A DNA stretch of 33,266 bases from an uncultured Lachnospiraceae bacterium (GTDB lineage Bacteria; Bacillota; Clostridia; Lachnospirales; Lachnospiraceae). Position 1 is the stretch's first letter, and every line of letters begins with the position of its first letter. The notes beneath the pieces are model-generated. The model saw only the letters and a program-made list of their open reading frames with translations, had not been told where the DNA came from and made no database searches. This document shows positions 26,314 to 33,266 of this stretch, piece after piece. The position numbers and the translations under genes are program-made. The DNA is taken from the NCBI GenBank assembly GCA_902782715.1, contig CACZOG010000090.1, forward strand, positions 1-33,266. The letters are read 5' to 3'.

Positions 26314-27901
26314 AATAATGCTTGCGGATGATGAAGGGATCGTTATAGATTCTCTTAAATTCATCCTGGAAAAAGAGTTCGGCAAGGATTGCATGATCGA
26401 ATATGCCAAGACCGGAAGAAGCGTTATTGAACTGGCGGAGAATTTCAGACCGGACATTGCGATCATGGATATACAGATGCCCGGAATAAACGGTATCGAT
26501 GCCATGAGGGAGATCCGTTTAAACAATAAAGACGTAATTTTTATCGTTATGAGTGCGTACGATAAATTTGATTATGCCACCGAGGCTATCAAGCTCGGAG
26601 TTCTTGATTACATCACCAAGCCGATGGAAAAGAACCGTATTTTATCCGTTGTAAAAAGAGCAATGGAGATCATCGACAGGGAAAGAGCCAAAAGAAGCAA
26701 TGACCTTATGGTAATGGAAAAACTCGAGATGGTCATTCCGATGCTTGAAAGCGGACTTATCTACAGTATCTTTTTACAGGATAAGTTCTCGGAAGAAGCA
26801 TTAAACTACAAAACTATACTGGGTATAAAAGAAGAGTACGGATATATGATGAGCGTTGTCTGCGGTGACAGCGACGGCGAATCCAATCTTACCAATGCGG
26901 TAGGAACCGGTGTAAGACTACAGAACCATTATGCGGAATTAAGAGCTTATCTTAAAGATTTCTGCGGCGGAATAGTCGGAAACGTAATGTCCAACAAAGT
27001 GGCAGTTCTTGTTCCCTGCGAATCTCCCGACATGGAATACGCAAAGAGAAACGAACTGATTGAAAAGACCAGGGAATTTGCCGGGATGCTTCAGAGAAAA
27101 CTCGGCGTTGATTTTAAAATAGGGATCGGAGGCGTCAAGGAATTCTCCAAGATGAACGAATCGTACGACGAAGCTCTGGTGGCTTTGGTAAACGGTTCCG
27201 GAAGAGTGGCTCACGCGGACGATCTGGACATAAGATGCGGATATGAGGAAAACTATCCCGTTAATATAGAGAACAAACTTTTTGAAACCGTTGAAAAGGG
27301 AGATTATGCCGGAGCAGGCAATTATGCAGGTCAGTTCTTCTCATGGATGGAAGACAATTTCCCCGACAGTTTAATGGATATCCGTCTTAAGATCCTTGAG
27401 TTTGTTTTATATGCCGAAAGACTTCTTTATGTTAAGGGTGGAAATACATATGAATTCAAGAGCCGTACGGATTATCTTCCGAGCGTATTAAATACGGATA
27501 ACCTTGAAGACTTAAGAAAATGGTTCATCGATAAGATAATAGAGATAACACAGAAAGTCGAGAACAACAAAACCGACAAGTCCGAAAGCCTTATCGAGAA
27601 AGCGGAAGCATTTATCAACCGCAATTACATGAAGGATCTTTCACTGGAAGACATTTCAAGATACTGCAACATAAGTTCCTATTATTTCAGCAAACTTTTC
27701 AAACAGGAAACCGGCGAGAATTATGTAGAGTATCTTAATAAAGTAAGGATCGGTAACGCAAAGAAGATGCTTTCCGAATCGGATGTATCAATAAAAGAGA
27801 TCTGCTACTCGGTAGGTTTCTCGGATCCGAATTATTTTTCGAGAGCATTCAAAAAATATGAGGGCGTTACCCCGAGCGAATTCAAAGATGCGAACATGTA
27901 A
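26306..27901 (+). CDS. YesN-type response regulator (REC + AraC HTH)
   Basis: GGAGG RBS before ATG 26306; MLADDE, MDIQMPG, KP; YFSKLFKQETG...GFSDPNYFSRAFKKYEGVTPSEF. Confidence 0.95.
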   Translation: MYKIMLADDEGIVIDSLKFILEKEFGKDCMIEYAKTGRSVIELAENFRPDIAIMDIQMPGINGIDAMREIRLNNKDVIFIVMSAYDKFDYATEAIKLGVLDYITKPMEKNRILSVVKRAMEIIDRERAKRSNDLMVMEKLEMVIPMLESGLIYSIFLQDKFSEEALNYKTILGIKEEYGYMMSVVCGDSDGESNLTNAVGTGVRLQNHYAELRAYLKDFCGGIVGNVMSNKVAVLVPCESPDMEYAKRNELIEKTREFAGMLQRKLGVDFKIGIGGVKEFSKMNESYDEALVALVNGSGRVAHADDLDIRCGYEENYPVNIENKLFETVEKGDYAGAGNYAGQFFSWMEDNFPDSLMDIRLKILEFVLYAERLLYVKGGNTYEFKSRTDYLPSVLNTDNLEDLRKWFIDKIIEITQKVENNKTDKSESLIEKAEAFINRNYMKDLSLEDISRYCNISSYYFSKLFKQETGENYVEYLNKVRIGNAKKMLSESDVSIKEICYSVGFSDPNYFSRAFKKYEGVTPSEFKDANM

Positions 27902-27931
27902 TTACATATATATTATTAAAGGTCTGAAAAA

Positions 27932-29005
27932 ATGAATGTATTTATTAATGGAAAAAGAAACAGAAGGATCACCAAAACGATATCGCTGCTTTTATCGGCT
28001 TTAATGATTATCGGAATTAACTTTGCATGTACTCCGAACGAGACGGAGATCAAAAAAGAAAACGTTGTAAAAGAAGACAAGATAAGCATAGGCATGGCTT
28101 TCGACTCTTTTGTAATAGAACGCTGGCAGAGGGACAGAGACGTATTTGTATCGACTGCCAAAGAAATGGGTGCGGAAGTGAATGTTCAGAATGCCAACGG
28201 AGATATCGACGAGCAGAAAAAACAGATACAGTATTTTATCGATAATGACGTGGATGTCATCGTTATAATATGCATCGATGCGGATTCTCTGTCCGAAGAG
28301 GTTCAGAAGGCAAGGAATGCCGGAATAAAAGTTATAGCTTATGACAGAATAATAAGAAACTCTAATATCGATCTTTACATTTCCTTTGACAATAAGACCG
28401 TAGGCGCACAGATGGGCAATGCTCTGGTCGAAAGCGGATTAAAAGAAGGCGACGATGTTATAATGATCGGCGGTTCGCCCGTTGACTACAATGTTCCGGC
28501 TCTGGAAGAGGGTTTTATGGAAGTAATGAAGGAAAACAATATCACGATCTCCGATGTTACTCATTGTGATGCATGGAAAGCCGAACTGGCTACAGACTAT
28601 ATGAATGCAAATGCCGACAAAGTCTCCGAAGCCGAAGCGATCATGTGCGGCAACGATTATATTGCGAGCAAGGTCGTATCTGCACTTGCCGAACAGAGAC
28701 TTGCGGGCAGCATTAAAGTAACGGGACAGGATGCCGATCTTGAAGCCTGCCAGAGAATTGTCGAAGGCACGCAGCTTATGACCGTATACAAACCCGTGGA
28801 CGATCTGGCAAAGAGAGCAGCGGAGTGTGCCATCAAGATGGCGAAGGGAGAAGACATCGGTGCCGAGGAGACCATCAATGACGGAAAATATGACGTTCCT
28901 TACATAAGCCTGACACCCATTCCCGTTAATGCCGAGGATATGGATGAGATCATCATAGGGAGCGGTTTCCATACAAGAGAGGACGTATATCTTAACGCAA
29001 GATAA
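27932..29005 (+). CDS. xylF: XylF-like sugar ABC substrate-binding lipoprotein
   Basis: Lipobox NFA-C; ERWQRDRDVF, IAYDR, ISFDN, TGQDADLEACQRIVEGTQLMTVYKP. Confidence 0.8.
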   Translation: MNVFINGKRNRRITKTISLLLSALMIIGINFACTPNETEIKKENVVKEDKISIGMAFDSFVIERWQRDRDVFVSTAKEMGAEVNVQNANGDIDEQKKQIQYFIDNDVDVIVIICIDADSLSEEVQKARNAGIKVIAYDRIIRNSNIDLYISFDNKTVGAQMGNALVESGLKEGDDVIMIGGSPVDYNVPALEEGFMEVMKENNITISDVTHCDAWKAELATDYMNANADKVSEAEAIMCGNDYIASKVVSALAEQRLAGSIKVTGQDADLEACQRIVEGTQLMTVYKPVDDLAKRAAECAIKMAKGEDIGAEETINDGKYDVPYISLTPIPVNAEDMDEIIIGSGFHTREDVYLNAR

Positions 29006-29030
29006 GTTTTATAGCATTATTTTGGTATTT

Positions 29031-29072
29031 AAAGCGTATGCTGACAAAAAAATGATAGCATACGCTTTTTTT
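29031..29072 (+). terminator. Intrinsic terminator after the xylF-like gene
   Basis: AAAGCGTATGCT-N14-AGCATACGCTTT followed by a T tract. Confidence 0.75.
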
Positions 29073-29187
29073 GTTTTTTAAAGTTATCAAAAAAGTGAAG
29101 AATGTTGCAAATTATTTTGAAAAAAGGTGTGGTAATGTTTAATTGTAGTCATGAACTAACATTTCAAATTTTATGGGAGGTAAAGAA

Positions 29188-30249
29188 ATGAAAAAGAAAT
29201 TACTCAGTGTTCTTCTTGCAGCTGGTATGATGGCATCCTTACTTGTTGGATGTACTGCAGGCGGATCAGGCAACAAGAAAGTCGGCGTTGCAATGCCTAC
29301 AAAGGATCTTCAGAGATGGAACCAGGATGGTGCCAACATGGAATCTCAGCTTAAGGCTGCTGGTTATGATGTAGATCTTCAGTACGCATCAAACGATATC
29401 AACACACAGGTTACACAGATTGAAAACATGATCACATCTGGTTGTGATGTTTTGGTTATCGCTTCTATCGACGGTGATTCACTCGGAACAGTTCTTGAAC
29501 AGGCTAAGCAGAAAAACATTCCCGTTATCGCTTATGACCGTTTGATCATGAACTCTGACGCAGTTACATACTACGCAACATTCGATAACTACATGGTTGG
29601 TACAAAGCAGGGCCAGTACATCGAAGAGCAGTTAGGTCTTAAAGAAGGCAAAGGACCTTACAACATGGAAATCTTCACAGGTGACCCCGGTGACAACAAC
29701 GCAAGATTCTTCTACGGCGGTGCTATGGACGTTCTTAATCCTTACATCGAAAACGGCCAGATCGTAGTTCCTTCAGGACAGATCGATTTCGATACAGTTG
29801 CAACAGCTAACTGGGCTTCAGATGCAGCACAGTCAAGAATGGAAGCTATCATTTCTTCCAACTACGCTAACGGAACACAGCTTGATGCAGTTCTCTGCTC
29901 AAACGACTCTACAGCATTTGGTGTTACAAACGCACTCGTAGCTAACTACACAGGCGCATATCCTATCATCACCGGTCAGGACTGCGATATCGCTAACGTT
30001 AAGAACATGCTTGCAGGAAAGCAGTCAATGTCTATCTTCAAAGATACACGTACACTTGCTTCCAAGACAGTTGAAATGGTTGACGCTATCCTTAAGGGAA
30101 CAAAAGCTCCCGTTAACGATGAGGAAACATACAACAATGGTGTTAAGGTTGTTCCTTCATACCTTTGCGAGCCCGTATTCGCAGACGTTAACAACTACGA
30201 AGAATTGTTAATCAAGTCCGGATATTACAAGGCAGAAGATCTTCAGTAA
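29188..30249 (+). CDS. chvE: Multiple monosaccharide ABC substrate-binding lipoprotein (ChvE/SbpA type)
   Basis: GGAGG RBS before ATG 29188; lipobox LVG-C; GVAMPTKDLQRWNQDG, YYATFDNYMVG, GDNNA, TGQD, SIFKDTR. Confidence 0.9.
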   Translation: MKKKLLSVLLAAGMMASLLVGCTAGGSGNKKVGVAMPTKDLQRWNQDGANMESQLKAAGYDVDLQYASNDINTQVTQIENMITSGCDVLVIASIDGDSLGTVLEQAKQKNIPVIAYDRLIMNSDAVTYYATFDNYMVGTKQGQYIEEQLGLKEGKGPYNMEIFTGDPGDNNARFFYGGAMDVLNPYIENGQIVVPSGQIDFDTVATANWASDAAQSRMEAIISSNYANGTQLDAVLCSNDSTAFGVTNALVANYTGAYPIITGQDCDIANVKNMLAGKQSMSIFKDTRTLASKTVEMVDAILKGTKAPVNDEETYNNGVKVVPSYLCEPVFADVNNYEELLIKSGYYKAEDLQ

Positions 30250-30288
30250 TAATCCAAGCTAAACAGTAGTTTTACTCTTTACAACATA

Positions 30289-30333
30289 AGTTAAGTCCCC
30301 TTTTCTCATGACTATATAAAAGGGGACTTAACT
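30289..30333 (+). other. 16-bp stem-loop without U-tract between chvE and gguA (probable mRNA stabiliser)
   Basis: AGTTAAGTCCCCTTTT-N13-AAAAGGGGACTTAACT. Confidence 0.7.
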
Positions 30334-30402
30334 ATGTAAAAACAAAATCGGAAAAACAGTGGCAGAAATGAAAAACATTAGGTAGAAACAGGAGGGATAA
30401 AA

Positions 30403-31965
30403 TTGGCCAAAATATTACTTGAAATGCACAATATTACCAAGTTATTCCCGGGCGTTAAGGCACTTGACAATGTCAATCTGCAGGTTGAAGAAGGAGAGAT
30501 CCACGCACTCGTTGGTGAAAACGGAGCCGGCAAATCGACATTAATGAACGTTTTAAGTGGTATTTATCCTTACGGAAGTTACGAAGGAAAGATCATTTAC
30601 GACGGCAAAGAATGCAAATTCACGAACATTAAGGACAGCGAGGCTCTCGGAATAGTAATCATTCATCAGGAACTCGCACTTATTCCTTATATGACAATCG
30701 GAGAAAACATGTTCCTCGGAAACGAGCAGGGACATTCATTCAAGATTGATTGGGCTGAAACATACGGTAAGAGCGACGAATACTTAAGAACGGTAGGACT
30801 TAAAGAATCATCGCGTACCTTAATCAAAGATATAGGTGTTGGTAAGCAGCAGCTGGTTGAAATCGCAAAAGCTCTTGCAAAACACGCAAAACTTCTTATT
30901 CTTGACGAGCCTACATCGTCACTTAACGAAACGGAATCACAGGATCTTTTGGATTTACTCTTAAGATTCAAACAGGAAGGACTTACTTCCATCATTATTT
31001 CTCACAAGCTTAACGAAATATCATACGTTGCGGACAAGATCACTGTCGTCAGAGACGGTTCCACGATCGAAACCCTGGTTAAAGGTGTTGATGATATTTC
31101 CGAAGCAAGGATCATCAAAGGAATGGTTGGACGTGAACTTACCGACAGATTCCCCAAGAGAGAGAAAAACATCGGCGACGTTAACTTCGAAGTTATTGAC
31201 TGGAATGTTTATCATCCTCTCTATTCGGAGAAAAAGGTCATCGATCACGTAAGTATCAAAGCCAAGAAAGGCGAGATCCTCGGAATATCCGGACTTATGG
31301 GAGCCGGCCGTACGGAATTCGCAATGAGCGTATTCGGAAAGAGTTACGGTGAGAGGATTTCAGGCAGGATCATAAAAGACGGCCAGGAACTGCATCTTAA
31401 CACGGTTCACGATGCGATCAAAGCCAAACTTGCATATGTTACCGAAGACAGAAAAGGAAACGGTCTCATATTAAGTAATTCGATCAAGTTCAACACGACA
31501 CTTGCAAATCTGGACGGTGTCAGCACGAATTCCGTAATCAACAAAGACAAGGAATACGGTGTTGCGGTTGAATACAAAGAAAAACTCAGAACCAAATGTC
31601 CTACGGTTGAACAGTTTGTAGGAAACTTAAGCGGTGGTAACCAGCAGAAAGTTCTTCTTGCAAAATGGATGTTCGCCGACCCGGACGTTCTCATTCTCGA
31701 TGAGCCTACGCGTGGTATTGACGTAGGTGCCAAATACGAGATTTACTGCATTATGAATCAGCTTGCAACCGAAGGAAAAACAGTTATCATGATTTCCTCG
31801 GAAATGCCCGAACTACTCGGTATGTGTGACAGAATTTATGTCATGAACGAAGGAAGAATAGTAGGAGAGATGGACGGAGACGTTGCTACTCAGGAATCCA
31901 TCATGGAATGCATTATGAGAAGCGATAATGCGGAAAACAATTTTGCTAAAGAAGGAGAAGAGTAA
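30403..31965 (+). CDS. gguA: Multiple monosaccharide ABC transporter ATP-binding protein (GguA/MmsA)
   Basis: TTG start after GGAGG; [22 protein letters not shown] twice, LSGGNQQK. Confidence 0.92.
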   Translation: MAKILLEMHNITKLFPGVKALDNVNLQVEEGEIHALVGENGAGKSTLMNVLSGIYPYGSYEGKIIYDGKECKFTNIKDSEALGIVIIHQELALIPYMTIGENMFLGNEQGHSFKIDWAETYGKSDEYLRTVGLKESSRTLIKDIGVGKQQLVEIAKALAKHAKLLILDEPTSSLNETESQDLLDLLLRFKQEGLTSIIISHKLNEISYVADKITVVRDGSTIETLVKGVDDISEARIIKGMVGRELTDRFPKREKNIGDVNFEVIDWNVYHPLYSEKKVIDHVSIKAKKGEILGISGLMGAGRTEFAMSVFGKSYGERISGRIIKDGQELHLNTVHDAIKAKLAYVTEDRKGNGLILSNSIKFNTTLANLDGVSTNSVINKDKEYGVAVEYKEKLRTKCPTVEQFVGNLSGGNQQKVLLAKWMFADPDVLILDEPTRGIDVGAKYEIYCIMNQLATEGKTVIMISSEMPELLGMCDRIYVMNEGRIVGEMDGDVATQESIMECIMRSDNAENNFAKEGEE

Positions 31966-33188
31966 TGGAAAAAAAGAACGACAATGCAAAAGTCATTGAG
32001 TTTATCAAAAAATACGCAATGGTTATTGTTCTTGCTTTGGTTTTGGTATTCTTTGCATTCACTACCAAAGGTAAGATACTTTTACCCAATAACATAAGTA
32101 ACATTATTTCACAGAACGCCTACGTATTCGTTTTGGCAACCGGTATGCTGTTATGTATCTTAACAGGTGGTAACATCGATCTTTCGGTAGGATCGGTTGT
32201 CTGCTTCGTAGGTGCTGTCGGTGCAACACTTATGACTGCAGCCAGAATGCCCTGGCCCATCGCAGTATTAGTCATGTTTACTATCGGAACGCTGATCGGT
32301 GCAACACAGGCTTTCTGGATCGCATATGTAAGAATCCCGCCGTTCATCGTATCCCTCGCCGGAATGCTTATCTTCAGAGGACTTTCAAACGTAGTTCTCG
32401 GCGGACTTACGGTATCCTTAAACGGTGATGCCTATGTTGGATTTATTAAATTCTTCGGTGGTGGAGCTGACTGCTACGTTCCCGACTTCATCGCTAAACT
32501 TTTGAAATTAAACATTTCGGTAAATGTTACATGTATCGTAGTAGGCATTGCAGCGCTTGCAATATACCTTGCTCTGGAAATCACCGGAAGACTTAAGAGA
32601 CTTGCAAAGAAATACGAAGTAGATAAACTTGTACCCTGGATCATAAAGCTTACACTTATCTCTGCAGTTATCATAGCAGTTACGATCCTGCTTTCACTTT
32701 TCAAGGGTATTCCTTCGGTTCTCATTATCGTTATGATAGTAATCGTTATTTACACATACATTACTTCAAATACAACCGTAGGCCGTTACTTCTATGCTGT
32801 AGGTGGTAACGAAAAAGCAACAAAGCTTTCAGGTATCAATACAAACAAGACATTCTTCCTTGCATATACAAACATGGGATTCCTTGCAGCACTTGCAGGT
32901 ATGATCACGATCGCACGTATGACATCTGCTCAGCCTACATACGGACAGAACTACGAAATGGACGCTATCGCATCCTGTTTCATCGGTGGTGCATCCGCAT
33001 ACGGCGGAATCGGTACGGTTCCCGGAGCTATCATCGGTGCTACATTGATGGGTGTTATCAACCTCGGTATGCTTATCATGGGTGTAGACCAGAACATGCA
33101 GAAGGTTGTTAAAGGTTTGGTTCTTCTTGCAGCAGTTATCTTCGACGTAGTATCCAAGAGAGGCTTCAAGATTATTGCAAAGAACTAA
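31965..33188 (+). CDS. gguB: Multiple monosaccharide ABC transporter permease (GguB/MmsB)
   Basis: IDLSVGSV, IPPFIVSLAGMLIFRG, GRYFYAVGGNEKATKLSGIN, EMDAIASCFIGG. Confidence 0.92.
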   Translation: MEKKNDNAKVIEFIKKYAMVIVLALVLVFFAFTTKGKILLPNNISNIISQNAYVFVLATGMLLCILTGGNIDLSVGSVVCFVGAVGATLMTAARMPWPIAVLVMFTIGTLIGATQAFWIAYVRIPPFIVSLAGMLIFRGLSNVVLGGLTVSLNGDAYVGFIKFFGGGADCYVPDFIAKLLKLNISVNVTCIVVGIAALAIYLALEITGRLKRLAKKYEVDKLVPWIIKLTLISAVIIAVTILLSLFKGIPSVLIIVMIVIVIYTYITSNTTVGRYFYAVGGNEKATKLSGINTNKTFFLAYTNMGFLAALAGMITIARMTSAQPTYGQNYEMDAIASCFIGGASAYGGIGTVPGAIIGATLMGVINLGMLIMGVDQNMQKVVKGLVLLAAVIFDVVSKRGFKIIAKN

Positions 33189-33220
33189 TCAATAAGTGTA
33201 AATAGGTGTAATAACATATA

Positions 33221-33256
33221 GGAGCCAGGCACGCTTTGCGAGCCTGGCACCTTTTT
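33221..33256 (+). terminator. Intrinsic terminator ending the ABC operon
   Basis: GGAGCCAGGCACGC-ttt-GCGAGCCTGGCACC (imperfect stem) followed by TTTTT. Confidence 0.8.
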
Positions 33257-33266
33257 GTATCAGTGC

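Noticed and set aside
6533-29187. Track start positions 6533, 15997, 22421, 26246 and 29173
   Set aside because: Downstream ATGs (6650, 16051, 22469, 26306, 29188) have proper Shine-Dalgarno spacing and family-typical N-termini; the start at 22421 lies in a terminator stem.

Overview
Chromosomal window from a Firmicute, probably a Lachnospiraceae/Clostridia anaerobe; this is inferred from gene content and sigmaA-type TGnTATAAT promoters. The most notable element is absent from the ORF track because it runs off the left edge. It is a minus-strand gene of at least 878 codons (2635 to <1) encoding a TIR domain with an intact catalytic-type Glu, then one transmembrane helix, a coiled coil and a long beta-propeller region, i.e. 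a receptor-like TIR protein. Next come a YjfB-family gene, two mutually paralogous small membrane proteins upstream of larB-larC (nickel-pincer cofactor synthesis, no larE or larA in view), and two hypothetical envelope proteins. A TPP riboswitch with a visible terminator/antiterminator precedes thiD-thiC-thiW-thiM-thiE and a DUF2809/HExxH fusion gene. The middle holds a small flavoprotein cluster, an L,D-transpeptidase with tandem FDxxYY..YPD repeats, a membrane-fused spermidine-synthase-like gene, a MATE transporter, a flavodiiron/flavin reductase/rubredoxin fusion and an ECF sigma/anti-sigma pair. The right end is a sugar sensing and uptake locus: anchored binding protein, LytS/YesM kinase, YesN regulator, XylF-like protein, ChvE, GguA and GguB. 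I saw no rRNA, tRNA, CRISPR array or mobile element. All family assignments come from recognising motifs by eye; no database search was run.
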